Part shown: positions 18,219-29,809 of the stretch, piece by piece | Layout: every line of letters starts with the position of its first letter | Position numbering within the stretch: position 1 is the first letter of the stretch | Assembly (NCBI GenBank): GCA_001798595.1 | Contig: MGSS01000051.1 | Location: 6,270-70,269 of the forward strand | Source: Deltaproteobacteria bacterium RIFCSPLOWO2_12_FULL_60_19 | GTDB lineage: Bacteria > Desulfobacterota > Binatia > UBA9968 | DNA: 64,000 nt | Direction: 5' to 3' | The notes under the pieces: generated by a model | Told to the model about the DNA's origin: nothing | Databases searched by the model: none | The model's input: the letters and a program-made list of their open reading frames with translations, nothing else | Program-made: the position numbers and the translations under genes

Positions 18219-19543
18219 AGCTCGAAGCGGTTCCCGGCGAAGTCAGGGAGAAGGCGAAGCTGATCTTCCTCGACACGCTGGGAGTCGCCCTCGCCTCTTC
18301 GACCATGGACTTCGGCCGAATGGCGCTCGACACAGCGCGCGCCCTCGGCGGGAGTTCGCAGAGCCGCCTGATCGGCGCCGCGGAAAAAGTCGTCGCGGCA
18401 AACGCCGTCCTGGCCAACGGGACGCTGGCGCACGGCCTGGACTACGACGACACGTTGGAAGGGGCGATCGTCCACACAGGCTGCTGCGGCGCGATCACGG
18501 CCCTGGCCGTCGGAGAAGCGCTGGCGGCGAGCGGAGAAGCTGTGCTCGTTGCCGGGGTGGCGGGGATCGAAGTTATGTGCAAGATCGGTCTCGCGGCGCC
18601 GGGAAAATTTCACGCGCGCGGCTTTCATCCGACAGCCCTTTGCTCCACGTTCGGCGCGGCGGCGGCGGCAGGCAAGCTCTTCGGCCTCAGCGCCCCGCAG
18701 TTCATCGACGCCTTCGGCATCTGCGGCAGCCAGAGTTCCGGGATTATCGAATACCTGGCCGACGGCACCTGGACCAAGCGGCTGCATCCGGGCTGGTCGT
18801 CTCACGGCGGCATCGTCGCCACTATGCTCGCTCAGCGAGGCTTTCGCGGCCCGGCTTCGGTCTTCGAGGGAGAACACGGCTTTTACCGCGCCTTCGGCGG
18901 AGACCATGCATACGAATTTGAGAAACTGGACGAGCTTGGAACAACCTGGGAGATTCCGCGCATCGCTTTTAAATCCTACCCGTGCGGCTCGATCTCCCAC
19001 GCCTACATGGACTGCGCGCTCACGCTGCGGGAGAAGCATGCCATCAAGCCGGAGGATGTTGCGGAGGTCGTTTGCCGCACGGCTCAAGGGCCGGTGCATA
19101 GGCTGTGGGAGCCGCTCAAGGACAAGCAAATGCCGGCCAGCTCCTACGGCGCGAAATTCAGCCTGCCCTACAGCATCGCCGTCATCCTCGCGCGCGGCAC
19201 GGCGGGTCTAGAGGAATTTTCCGACAGCGCGATCCGTGACGAACGGATTCTTGAGTTGGCGGCAAAGGTCCGTTACGAGTTGGACCCGACGATCGACTAT
19301 CCGCGCCACTTCTCCGGCCACGTCAAGATCAGGCTCAAGGACGGAAGGCTGTTGGAAGAGAACCAACCCTACCCGCGCGGCGGCCTCGAACTGCCGCTCC
19401 CGCCGGAAGAAATCGAGAAAAAATTCCTTGCCAACGCAGCCCTGGCTCTGCCGAGCGCGAAGGCTCAGCAGATCATTGCTATGGTGCGCAGGCTAGAAGA
19501 GCTGCCGAAGATTGCCGCGCTGACAGATCTGTTGGCAGCCTAA
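18173..19543 (+). CDS. MmgE/PrpD family protein, copy 2 (tandem paralog)
   Basis: IAAFIGGLKLEAVPGEVREKAKLIFLDTLGVALASS...GLDYDDT. Same family as the upstream gene. Confidence 0.75.
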   Translation: MERHSEKIAAFIGGLKLEAVPGEVREKAKLIFLDTLGVALASSTMDFGRMALDTARALGGSSQSRLIGAAEKVVAANAVLANGTLAHGLDYDDTLEGAIVHTGCCGAITALAVGEALAASGEAVLVAGVAGIEVMCKIGLAAPGKFHARGFHPTALCSTFGAAAAAGKLFGLSAPQFIDAFGICGSQSSGIIEYLADGTWTKRLHPGWSSHGGIVATMLAQRGFRGPASVFEGEHGFYRAFGGDHAYEFEKLDELGTTWEIPRIAFKSYPCGSISHAYMDCALTLREKHAIKPEDVAEVVCRTAQGPVHRLWEPLKDKQMPASSYGAKFSLPYSIAVILARGTAGLEEFSDSAIRDERILELAAKVRYELDPTIDYPRHFSGHVKIRLKDGRLLEENQPYPRGGLELPLPPEEIEKKFLANAALALPSAKAQQIIAMVRRLEELPKIAALTDLLAA

Positions 19544-19706
19544 TGACGTAGCGGGAGTGGCCTATCAGTCGTTACAGGACGAGCGACGGGCCGCACGCCG
19601 AGCGCCGCCGCTTCATCTCGCCGCACCCTTTTCTATCCGTCTACGATACTGTTTGACATCCGCCGCCAAATCTATAAAATCCATTGCCAATCGCTAAGGC
19701 AGGTCG

Positions 19707-20435
19707 ATGAAAAAACCGCTGCTGATCTTATGGGCTGCGAGCGTGCTCCTCGAAGCCTGTCTTCCTCCGGCTTTCCGCGCCCATCCAACCCTGGCGCAAA
19801 GGACGGCCACGATCAAGACCGTGCTAGTTGCGCCACCCAAGGTCGAGGTATTTGAGCTCGGGGCCGGCGGTGTGCGTGAGAAGATGGACGAATGGTCCGA
19901 TCAAGGTCGAAAAAACATTATCGCCGCACTTGAGAAGTCTATCGCTAATCGAGCCTCCCTACGTATGAGGCTGCTCAACGAAGAGTCTCTCCCGCAAGAG
20001 ACGAAACCCGAGCTGGAACAGACCTCCGCGCTCTTCGAGGCCGTGGACGATGCAATCTTGCGGCATACGTACGGCCCCGAGCCGGAGCGGTTTGGAGATA
20101 AGCTGACCAATTTTGACTATTCACTCGGCGCGGAGGTGCGCGGGTTGAAAACGGAAGAGGCCGAGGCGCTGCTGTTCATTCGAGCGGTCGACCACATATC
20201 GAGTCAAGGTCGGATCGCACAACAGGTTGCCCTTGTGATTGTGGCAGCCGCGATGGGCATACAAGTCATCCCACAGGGAGGCGCCACGGCGCTAAGCGTT
20301 GCTCTCGTCGACGCCGACACCGGCGCCATTTTGTGGCACAAGTTCCTGCGATCAGGAGGCGCTCATGACCTGCGGGATTCAGGCAGCGCGACCCGCTTGA
20401 TGGACCAAGTATTTGCGGACTTCCCCCTCCGTTAA
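19707..20435 (+). CDS. Hypothetical lipoprotein/secreted protein
   Basis: MKKPLLILWAASVLLEAC lipobox-like signal. No recognisable domain. Confidence 0.35.
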   Translation: MKKPLLILWAASVLLEACLPPAFRAHPTLAQRTATIKTVLVAPPKVEVFELGAGGVREKMDEWSDQGRKNIIAALEKSIANRASLRMRLLNEESLPQETKPELEQTSALFEAVDDAILRHTYGPEPERFGDKLTNFDYSLGAEVRGLKTEEAEALLFIRAVDHISSQGRIAQQVALVIVAAAMGIQVIPQGGATALSVALVDADTGAILWHKFLRSGGAHDLRDSGSATRLMDQVFADFPLR

Positions 20436-20442
20436 GAAAAGA

Positions 20443-21639
20443 ATGACAACCTTCGTCGAAAGGCTGTTCGGCATCCTGCTCCTTTTTCTGGGCCTTGGCT
20501 CTTGTACCGCTGCTCTGGCCCCTTTCGGAACCGAAGAGGCTCTTCGCCTTGACAACGATGAGAAGAGAATCTGGAACAGAGCGAAGGAGGAACAAAAGAG
20601 GCTCGATAACAGCGGCCAAATCTATCAAGCTGCCGCATTGACGGCGTATGTGAATGAGGTGGCCGCAAAGATCACTCCCGAGCCCCTCAAGCAAAAGGGT
20701 CTCTCCTTTCAGATTAAGATCATCAAAAACCCCTTGCTCAATGCATTCGCGTTCCCCCATGGAGTTATCTATATCCACACCGGCATGCTTGCCAGGATGG
20801 AGAACGAGGCGCAGCTGGCCGCCATCCTGGGTCATGAAATGAATCACGTGGTCCGCAGACACATGGTTCAGCAAATCAGGGCTGTCCAGAACGCAGCCGG
20901 GACACTTTCAGCGCTCCAGGTGGTGCTTTTACCTCTTGGCGCTGTGGGGTCCATTGGACAGCTGTTGGGCGCGGTAGGCGCCGTCGCGGCCGTTTCCGGC
21001 TATTCCAAGGCGGCTGAGGAAGAATCGGACCGAGAGGGACTCGCCTGGATGGTAGCTGCCGGGTACGATCCTAGAGAGGCGCCAAAACTCTTCGACTATT
21101 TGAAAAGAGATATCGAGGAGTTGAAAAAGGACGAGCCGTTCTTCTTTGGAAGTCACCCTCGTGTTGTGGAAAGGCAGGACAGTTATAACCGTCTCCTACA
21201 GACCAGATATCGCGACGTCAAGGGTATCGCGGAAACTGAGAGATTTATGGACAGCGTTCTTCTCGTTCTGCTAGACAACGCCGCGATGGACCTGTCGTTC
21301 GGCCGGTTCGCCCTCGCACAGGAGACGATTGAAAAGTTCTTAAAAAGACAACCCGATAGCGCGCGAGCTTACTTTACCCTTGGAGAGGTCTACCGTCAGA
21401 GAAATCAAAAAGACGACGTAGAGAAGGCCGAAAAACACTATCGTCAGGCGAGCCAGTTCGACGCCGCGTACGCGCCGCCCTACCGGGGGCTAGGTCTCAT
21501 ATGGCTGAAGCAGGGGCACAAGAAACAAGCCCGGGAAGCCTTCGAGAAATATCTTTCCCTGGCGCCTCAGGCGGAGGATAAGGGATACATCCAGCAATAT
21601 CTGCAGGATCTTCCGAGCAGCGAGGCTAACGCATCATGA
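20443..21639 (+). CDS. M48-family zinc metallopeptidase with C-terminal TPR domain (BepA/YfgC-like)
   Basis: HEMNHVVRRH (HExxH). Signal peptide. TPR-like C-terminus (AYFTLGEVYRQRNQKDD...). Confidence 0.75.
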   Translation: MTTFVERLFGILLLFLGLGSCTAALAPFGTEEALRLDNDEKRIWNRAKEEQKRLDNSGQIYQAAALTAYVNEVAAKITPEPLKQKGLSFQIKIIKNPLLNAFAFPHGVIYIHTGMLARMENEAQLAAILGHEMNHVVRRHMVQQIRAVQNAAGTLSALQVVLLPLGAVGSIGQLLGAVGAVAAVSGYSKAAEEESDREGLAWMVAAGYDPREAPKLFDYLKRDIEELKKDEPFFFGSHPRVVERQDSYNRLLQTRYRDVKGIAETERFMDSVLLVLLDNAAMDLSFGRFALAQETIEKFLKRQPDSARAYFTLGEVYRQRNQKDDVEKAEKHYRQASQFDAAYAPPYRGLGLIWLKQGHKKQAREAFEKYLSLAPQAEDKGYIQQYLQDLPSSEANAS

Positions 21640-22199
21640 AAAGATTCAACCTCTGGCTTCTGGTTCTGGCCATTCTGCCGGCCGGATGCGCCCCATGGAC
21701 AATGGTCGGCGGCAGCTATCTTACGAACTCGGAGAACTACGAGGTCAATCTTCCCAGCGGTTGGCGAAAACATAACCAAAGCCGGGATGTTCTTCGCATA
21801 ACGAGAGACGGGCTGACTGTCCAGGAGATCCTCATCGGCAGATGGCCGTTGGATAAAGACCCTCCGCACACGAAAAAGAAACTTGCGAAGGGCATGTTGC
21901 CACAGGAAGCGGCCGAGGTGGTGGTCGACGATTTTCGCTCGAATAGCAGCCTGGACAACTACCAAATAGCGGAAAACAATCCCTCCAAAGTCGGCGGGCA
22001 CGCGGGCTTTAAACTTGCTTATGGATACCAGACCAAGGCAGGCTTAAAGAAAAAGGGGATCTACTACGGGGTCCTGGTGGACAAGTGGCTCTATTTTCTC
22101 AACTACGAAGCCCCCGATAGGCACTATTTCGGCAAGGACCGCGAGGTTTTCGAAAAGATCAAAGAGAGCTTCAGGGTTCTCAGATCCGGTCAGGCTTAG
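21636..22199 (+). CDS. Hypothetical lipoprotein
   Basis: MKRFNLWLLVLAILPAGCAPW lipobox. Start overlaps the M48 stop (ATGA). Confidence 0.4.
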   Translation: MKRFNLWLLVLAILPAGCAPWTMVGGSYLTNSENYEVNLPSGWRKHNQSRDVLRITRDGLTVQEILIGRWPLDKDPPHTKKKLAKGMLPQEAAEVVVDDFRSNSSLDNYQIAENNPSKVGGHAGFKLAYGYQTKAGLKKKGIYYGVLVDKWLYFLNYEAPDRHYFGKDREVFEKIKESFRVLRSGQA

Positions 22200-22274
22200 C
22201 AGAACCGATCTATCCGCCAAGCGAGGGAAATGCCCAGGCGGCCGCAACACAAACCGCAAACAACCCTGCGCCGC

Positions 22275-24089
22275 TCAGCTTTCGTAGGGCAGCGTCACGG
22301 TGAAAGTCGAACCCGTCCCAGGCTCGCTTTCTACGACAACCTGCCCGCCGAGCATTTCAGTAAATTTCTTAACGATATAAAGTCCCATTCCCACTCCTCC
22401 GAACGCTCTGGTATTCGAACTATCCACCTGGTGGAATCTTTCAAAGATGAGGGGAAGATGCTCCTGGGGAATCCCCACGCCGGAATCCGCGACTTGGAAC
22501 ACGACTTTTTTAGAGCCCGGAACGCATCGAGCTGAGATAGTTACAGCCCCTCGTTGGGTAAACTTGACCGCATTATTTATGAGATTCTGAAGCACATGCT
22601 TGACCTTTTCACTATCGGTTTTGATCACCGGCAGGTCACTTGGATAGTCCCATCTCAAAGTCAGATCCTTTTCCACGGGAACCCAATAGCTGGATCTCAA
22701 ATCCTCCAAGAAAGGAACCAAACCGACCTCGGAGGTCACCAACCTCTCACTTTCGCCTTCCATTTTCGTGACCTCCAAAAGGTCGGTGATCATGGATAAC
22801 TGATCGCCGGCGCGGTCTACGATTTTTTGCAAAACTTCGGCCTGCTTCGGATTGACCTCTCCCAACATCTGCTCTTTCATCAGTTGGGCGTAGCCCACGA
22901 CCACATTCAGCGGCGTGCGCAGCTCGTGGGACATGACGCCGAGAAATTCATCTTTAATTTTGTTTGCTTTGACTATGCGCTCATAGAGCTGAGAGTTGTG
23001 GATGGCTATCGCGGCCTGGCCGGCCAGTGCGGTGAAAAACTGAACCTCTTCACCGCCGAATTCGCGCTCCTCATTGGAATAGAAAACGATATCTCCGATG
23101 GCTTTCCCCTTAACGATCAGCGGCACTCCCAGATAGGAAATAGGATGGGCTGCCTGAAGAAACGCGACGTGGCGGGTGCGCGGATCAGCACGCGCATTCC
23201 GAACCACCAAGGGTGCCTTAGTTTGAAAGACTACGCCCGTCAAGCCAAGCTCTTTTTCCCATTGTGCCAACTTCTGCGGGCTTCCGTCGAACTTGCGGCT
23301 GGCGACGGGTTCTAACTCGCCGGTCGCCGGATTGTATAGCCTGATGACCGCCGCGGCATACGGGAGCAGAGCGTCCAGCTTTTCAAGGAAGAGGTCTAAA
23401 ACTGTTTGGAGGTCAAGTGTCGAAGTCATGGCGCTGCCGATTTCATGGAGAGTGCTGATTCGATCAAGATTCCGCCGGATCTGCTCTTCGGCTCGCTTGC
23501 GGTAGGCAAATTGCTCTGCTTGCTCCTTGGAGATTTTTTGCAGCCATTCAGTCTGGGCGAAGTAACCGTAAAAAATAGCGATCGTGAACGGAAAACTGCT
23601 GCGCAGATAGACGGTCAGATCGCCGATCTCTCCCGATTTAAGAAGAAAGTAGGCGTACAGAACGGGAGCCAAGATGGCGATCCCCAGCAGCGCGCTAAAG
23701 CTCCGACATATGGAAGAGAGAAAAATCGTCACAAAGCACACAAGGTAGAAGTCCGGGCCGGCGCCCCGGCTGACGACCAGGGATGCGGACAGACAAAGGG
23801 TATCGACAACGATCAGGAGCGCATGAAAGGAAAACGTTTCGAAGCGTCGCTCATCGACAAAGTACAGAGCGCAATTGGACAACAGATAAACAACAAGAAA
23901 AGCATGCGTCGTGGCGGGGGTGACCCATCGCAGTTGAGAGAAAAGCAGCAAATAGGAACAGATGATAATCAGCGGCCATCGGATGCGGATGACGGTCATC
24001 TTTCTCGGGGCATCGAGAATTCCGAGCGCCCATGACAGGGCCGGAGAAGAGGTCGTGGTTTGAGCGAGTTCCATTTGCCCTGTACTCAA
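22275..24089 (-). CDS. Sensor histidine kinase: N-terminal multi-TM sensor, GAF domain, HisKA and HATPase_c
   Basis: H-box MSHELRTPLNVVVGYAQLM. N/G1/G2 boxes (NLINNAVKFT, DSGVGIP, GGVGMGLYIV). About 6 N-terminal TM helices. No adjacent response regulator. Confidence 0.8.
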   Translation of the reverse strand: MSTGQMELAQTTTSSPALSWALGILDAPRKMTVIRIRWPLIIICSYLLLFSQLRWVTPATTHAFLVVYLLSNCALYFVDERRFETFSFHALLIVVDTLCLSASLVVSRGAGPDFYLVCFVTIFLSSICRSFSALLGIAILAPVLYAYFLLKSGEIGDLTVYLRSSFPFTIAIFYGYFAQTEWLQKISKEQAEQFAYRKRAEEQIRRNLDRISTLHEIGSAMTSTLDLQTVLDLFLEKLDALLPYAAAVIRLYNPATGELEPVASRKFDGSPQKLAQWEKELGLTGVVFQTKAPLVVRNARADPRTRHVAFLQAAHPISYLGVPLIVKGKAIGDIVFYSNEEREFGGEEVQFFTALAGQAAIAIHNSQLYERIVKANKIKDEFLGVMSHELRTPLNVVVGYAQLMKEQMLGEVNPKQAEVLQKIVDRAGDQLSMITDLLEVTKMEGESERLVTSEVGLVPFLEDLRSSYWVPVEKDLTLRWDYPSDLPVIKTDSEKVKHVLQNLINNAVKFTQRGAVTISARCVPGSKKVVFQVADSGVGIPQEHLPLIFERFHQVDSSNTRAFGGVGMGLYIVKKFTEMLGGQVVVESEPGTGSTFTVTLPYES

Positions 24090-24378
24090 GTCGTGCCGCC
24101 ATCCGTGGCTATGATCGACGGATCGACCTCCGAAGAATCCGCAACGAGCCGCGCCTGCGATGATGACAAATGTCCAACGCCGAACCTAAACCCGCAGGAA
24201 GGTGACAGTGGACGGCGTTTGATCGAGAATAGTCCAAGCGGTTCAAAAATTCCAGGGAAGATAGATGGTGGGCCTGTCTGGAACAATAGAGGAATAGATC
24301 AGTAGACCGCATTTACGCTTTCTCCATTGTTCCAATGTCGAATGCTCCAATGCTCTAAATTTTTCCTACGGAAAAATT

Positions 24379-24455
24379 TGGTGGGCCCACCTGGATTCGA
24401 ACCAGGGACCTACCGGTTATGAGCCGGTGGCTCTAACCAGCTGAGCTATGGGCCC
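24379..24455 (-). tRNA. tRNA-Met (anticodon CAT), elongator-type or tRNA-Ile2 precursor
   Basis: Reverse complement GGGCCCATAGCTCAGCTGGTTAGAGCCACCGGCTCATAACCGGTAGGTCCCTGGTTCGAATCCAGGTGGGCCCACCA. The 7-bp acceptor stem has a G1-C72 pair, so it is not an initiator tRNA. CAT anticodon, encoded CCA. Confidence 0.85.
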
Positions 24456-24460
24456 GTAAG

Positions 24461-24500
24461 AAAATTTTAGATTTTGGATTTTCGATTTTGGATTAAAAGC
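24461..24500. repeat. Short AT-rich heptad repeat tract (same family as copies A-D), next to tRNA-Met
   Basis: AAATTTTAGATTTTGGATTTTCGATTTTGGATT is a tandem (G/A)ATTTT(G/A/C) heptad run. Confidence 0.5.
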
Positions 24501-24547
24501 TCGCAGGTTCGCGCGCGTTTTGCAAGTACGGCATCCCGATCCGTGCG

Positions 24548-26293
<1,746 letters not shown>

Positions 26294-26343
26294 CTCCTTC
26301 TTCCGCGCGATCTGCGGAGAGAGGGAGGTCGGTTTCTCCAGCT

Positions 26344-28146
26344 TCAGCGGATGTCCGTCTTGGCCGCGTGCCGCTGGCGGAGCAGCTGTCGTTCTCTTCG
26401 GACGGCCTCTTGCCATTCGAGCATCCTTTCTCTTTTGGTCTTCTCGTCTTTCACTTCTTCCGCGCGGCGAATCGCCTGCCGCAACTGTCGTTGCAAGTCT
26501 CTCAGATGCCGCCTGCGGAGGTGGGACAGGCAGTCGGCGGCCATTCTTTCGCCGTCTTCTTCGGCGATCTTTTCTCCTTCAAGCATAAGCCCGGCGATCT
26601 CGGCCGCGCGCTCGGAGGAGAGTCTTTGAGAGAATCGCGTCGCTTCCACCTCGCCATATTCCTTCCATTCGGCGAGGATCGCCCCGACCATCTCGCACCA
26701 CGCGGGACTCACCAACCGCTCGAACTCGCCCTCCTGCATCACCTGTTGAATGATGGTAGGGGACCTCAGCATGAGACAGACCAAGGAGCGCTCCGCCATG
26801 TCTTCCCGGGCCGTCAGCGGCGCCTCCTTGGGAGGAGTTCCGCCGGCCGGAGCGCGCTGGGCTGCGCCGGCGCCGGGCATGGGAGCGCGCAACAGGCTCT
26901 CGCGAATTCCCAGCATATCGACCGCCCGCCGGATCAACAGATCGGCCTCGAAAGCGTTGCGGACCTTGGCCAACACCCGCTTGACCTCCTGAGCGATTTG
27001 ACTCTTGGCTTCAAGGCTCCGCCCGAAGCGTTCCTCCAGCCAGGTCAAGTAATAGTCCGCCAGCGGAATCGCTCGATCGATGATCGCTTCCAACGCGTCT
27101 TTCCCCTGGGAATGAATAAACGTATCGGGATCCTCTCCCTTAGGCAAGAAGGCCGCGCGGCCCAACAGTCCTCCTTCGAGAAATATCTCAAAGCTGCGCG
27201 CGGCCGCCTTGCGCCCGGCCTCGTCGCCGTCGAATAGGGCAATGATGTTTTTGGTGTAGCGTCCCAGTATCCGCACATGGTCCGGCGTCAACGCGGTCCC
27301 CAAAGTCGCCGCTGTGTAGGCGACGCCGAATTGCCACAGCGCGATCACGTCGAGGTAGCCCTCCACCACGACCACGCGGTCCTGCTGGCGGATCGCCTCT
27401 TTAGCGTGGAACAGCCCATAGAGCGTCGCTCCCTTGCGGAAGAGCGGAGTCTCCGTGGAGTTCAGATATTTCGGCAGCCCCTCGCCGATCACCCGCCCGC
27501 CGAACCCGACGATCTTGCCGCCCGGCTCGGCGATGGGAAACATCAGGCGGCCGAAAAATTTTTCGCCATAGCGCTCCGCGCCCCGGTCGCTCAGCAGACC
27601 CAGCCGCACGGCATCCTTGAATGAGATGCCCTCGCGCTTGAGATATTCGACCAGGCCCTGGCCGCCCTGCGGCGCGTAGCCGAGATAAAACCTGCGCGCT
27701 GCCTTTTCGTCGACGCCGCGGGCCTTGAGATACTCCAGCGCCCCCTTGCCGCCGGCGCGGCCGAACAGGTTCTCGTGAAAATAGGCGGAGACTTTCTCGT
27801 TGATGCGGAACAGCGACTCCCGCTGCTCGGCCTCGCGCCCGTCGCGCGGCTGGCGTCGCTGTTCGACCACGATCCCGTAGCGCTTGCCGACCCGTTCGAC
27901 CGCTTCAGGAAAGCTCAAATGATCGTATTGCATCAAAAAGTGAAAAACGCTGCCGCCGGCGCCGCAACCGAAACAGTGGAATATCCCTTTTTCTTCGCTG
28001 ACCGTGAAGGAAGGGGTTTTTTCCGAGTGAAACGGGCAGAGCCCAAGGTAGTTCCGGCCGACTTTTCTAAGAGTGAGGTGATCCGAGAGCACCTCGACGA
28101 TGGAGGCCCGGTCGCGGATCTCGATAATCTTTGCTTCGGGAATCAT
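26344..28146 (-). CDS. dnaG: DNA primase DnaG
   Basis: Zinc-binding [11 protein letters not shown]...HCFGCG. TOPRIM region ([13 protein letters not shown]). Confidence 0.9.
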   Translation of the reverse strand: MIPEAKIIEIRDRASIVEVLSDHLTLRKVGRNYLGLCPFHSEKTPSFTVSEEKGIFHCFGCGAGGSVFHFLMQYDHLSFPEAVERVGKRYGIVVEQRRQPRDGREAEQRESLFRINEKVSAYFHENLFGRAGGKGALEYLKARGVDEKAARRFYLGYAPQGGQGLVEYLKREGISFKDAVRLGLLSDRGAERYGEKFFGRLMFPIAEPGGKIVGFGGRVIGEGLPKYLNSTETPLFRKGATLYGLFHAKEAIRQQDRVVVVEGYLDVIALWQFGVAYTAATLGTALTPDHVRILGRYTKNIIALFDGDEAGRKAAARSFEIFLEGGLLGRAAFLPKGEDPDTFIHSQGKDALEAIIDRAIPLADYYLTWLEERFGRSLEAKSQIAQEVKRVLAKVRNAFEADLLIRRAVDMLGIRESLLRAPMPGAGAAQRAPAGGTPPKEAPLTAREDMAERSLVCLMLRSPTIIQQVMQEGEFERLVSPAWCEMVGAILAEWKEYGEVEATRFSQRLSSERAAEIAGLMLEGEKIAEEDGERMAADCLSHLRRRHLRDLQRQLRQAIRRAEEVKDEKTKRERMLEWQEAVRRERQLLRQRHAAKTDIR

Positions 28147-28155
28147 GCGGCGTGC

Positions 28156-28683
28156 CTAAATATAACCGTCCTGTTCACCGGAATCCGCGTCGCCGCGCGT
28201 CGGGAGATTCGCGCGGCCGAACAGAATCAACCCCTGGGCGAACTGGCTCAGCAGGGGCGCCAGAAAGGATTGATGGATTTGCTGCGCCGTTTTGGACGGA
28301 AGAAAGGGAGACGAGGTAAGAAAGAAAATGAGCAGCGCCAATAGGGCGGCGCCCTTTCCGGTCCCCACCACCACGCCGCCGATTCGATTGATTCCCTGGA
28401 GGAAGAGCAGCGACGCGGAACGATGGAGCAGCCAGCCCACCAAATTCAAGCCGAAGTATGCCAGGAAGAAGAGCGAGACGAAGGTGATGGCTCGGAGCAG
28501 GAAATATGAGGAGGTCCAGGACGCCGCCCACAGCGCGGCTACGGGCTCGTCGTAACGGACTGCGATCATGAATCCGACAACAAGACCGAGCAAGGAAAAG
28601 ACCTCCCGGAAGAGCCCCTTAAAATAGCCTCTCAAGGCGAACAGGAGCAGGAGACCGAGGAGAATCGGATCGACGATATTCAC
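28156..28683 (-). CDS. cvpA: CvpA-family membrane protein (colicin V production protein-like)
   Basis: MNIVDPILLGLLLLFALRGYFKGLFREVFSLLGLVVGF is typical of CvpA. Confidence 0.7.
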   Translation of the reverse strand: MNIVDPILLGLLLLFALRGYFKGLFREVFSLLGLVVGFMIAVRYDEPVAALWAASWTSSYFLLRAITFVSLFFLAYFGLNLVGWLLHRSASLLFLQGINRIGGVVVGTGKGAALLALLIFFLTSSPFLPSKTAQQIHQSFLAPLLSQFAQGLILFGRANLPTRGDADSGEQDGYI

Positions 28684-28739
28684 TGGCCGGCCACACCTGG
28701 GAAAATCGAAGTCAACGCGCCTCGCTGTCTTTCAAACTC

Positions 28740-29189
28740 TCACGCGCCGCGCAACATCTCTTTGACCAGTTCGCTCACTCGCTTGCCCTCGCTCCTCCCG
28801 GCCACCTTAGGCATCAGGCGCTTCATCACGCTGCCCAGGTCCTGAAGGCCCTTGGCGCCGACCTCTTCAATCGAGCCGCGAATTAGAGCTCGAACTTCTT
28901 CCTCGCCCAAAGCCTCCGGCAGGAAGCGGCGCAGCGCGGCCAGCTCGGCCTCTTCCTGCCGCAACAGGTCCGCCCTTCCGCCCTTGCTGAAATACTCGAT
29001 CGCCTCTTGGCGCTGCTTGCAGAGCGTGGCGATCGTTCTGAGGATCTCGTCCGCGCTGAGCTCCCCGCGCTGCTTGATCTCTTCGTAGTGGACTGCCGAC
29101 AAGAGGAGCCGCAAGGCGGAGACCGTCGGCCGGTCTCCGCCCTTCATCGCGGCCTTCATCGAATCCTGAATATCGGTTTTGAGTCCCAC
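28740..29189 (-). CDS. yqeY: GatB/YqeY domain protein
   Basis: L-x-x-D-x-x-x-AMK start and overall YqeY-like helical sequence. Position between rpsU and dnaG. Confidence 0.7.
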   Translation of the reverse strand: MGLKTDIQDSMKAAMKGGDRPTVSALRLLLSAVHYEEIKQRGELSADEILRTIATLCKQRQEAIEYFSKGGRADLLRQEEAELAALRRFLPEALGEEEVRALIRGSIEEVGAKGLQDLGSVMKRLMPKVAGRSEGKRVSELVKEMLRGA

Positions 29190-29223
29190 GCTCGTGACTG
29201 CGACGCTTTGGGGATGCGCGGCG

Positions 29224-29421
29224 TTAAAAGTAGTGGCTGCGAGAGCGCCGCAGCGCTCTCTTTTTCGCGGCTATCGCCTTTTTCTTCCGCTTGACGCTCG
29301 GCTTTTCGTAGTGTTCGCGCTTGCGCAACTCCGCGAGAATGCCGGCCTTTTCGCACAGCTTTTTGAAGCGCCGGATGGCGCTCTCGATGGATTCGTTTTC
29401 TCTAACTCTGATTCCGGTCAT
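29224..29421 (-). CDS. rpsU: 30S ribosomal protein S21
   Basis: 65 aa. ...[38 protein letters not shown]... Confidence 0.9.
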   Translation of the reverse strand: MTGIRVRENESIESAIRRFKKLCEKAGILAELRKREHYEKPSVKRKKKAIAAKKRALRRSRSHYF

Positions 29422-29654
29422 CGGTATGAATCACCCCCCACTCCTCCGTGGCCCAGAAATTTACTGCTCTTAAAATCGCAATTCTAACGGATTCATGCCT
29501 CAAGTCAAGCTAACCATCGGCCCGGATACCGCCGGGGCGCGCGAGCCGCATCTCCGGCGCAGACGGATCTTCCGGAGCGGCCTGAAACGGTCGAGAATCC
29601 TGTCCCACATCGATCGAAGCGGGTTTGCAGCCCGGCACGAGCCGCAGGGTCTCA

Positions 29655-29786
29655 CTAGCAGGACGCTGAAAAAAGCCGCTCGTGCTTCGAGTCAGCACGA
29701 ACGGAAATTCTCCGATGATTTCAATCCATCCTCCGTTCGTCCTGAGCTTTGTCGAAGGATGAACGGAGTTTTTCGGCACCCTCTAG
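29655..29786. repeat. ~133-bp nested-hairpin palindromic repeat, copy 1
   Basis: CTAGCAGGACGCTGAAAAAA-[inner hairpins CGTGCT...AGCACG and CTCCGTTC...GAACGGAG]-TTTTTCGGCACCCTCTAG. 90% identical to the copy at 58213-58347. Confidence 0.75.
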
Positions 29787-29809
29787 TCCGTATGGAACCC
29801 GGTAAGCTC

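Noticed and set aside
22230-22535. 101-aa plus-strand ORF
   Set aside because: Antisense to the C-terminal HATPase domain of the histidine kinase. No support.
24379-24455. Possibility that the CAT-anticodon tRNA is the initiator tRNA-fMet
   Set aside because: The acceptor stem has a normal G1:C72 Watson-Crick pair and lacks the three consecutive G:C pairs in the anticodon stem expected for bacterial initiators. Elongator Met or Ile2 is more likely.
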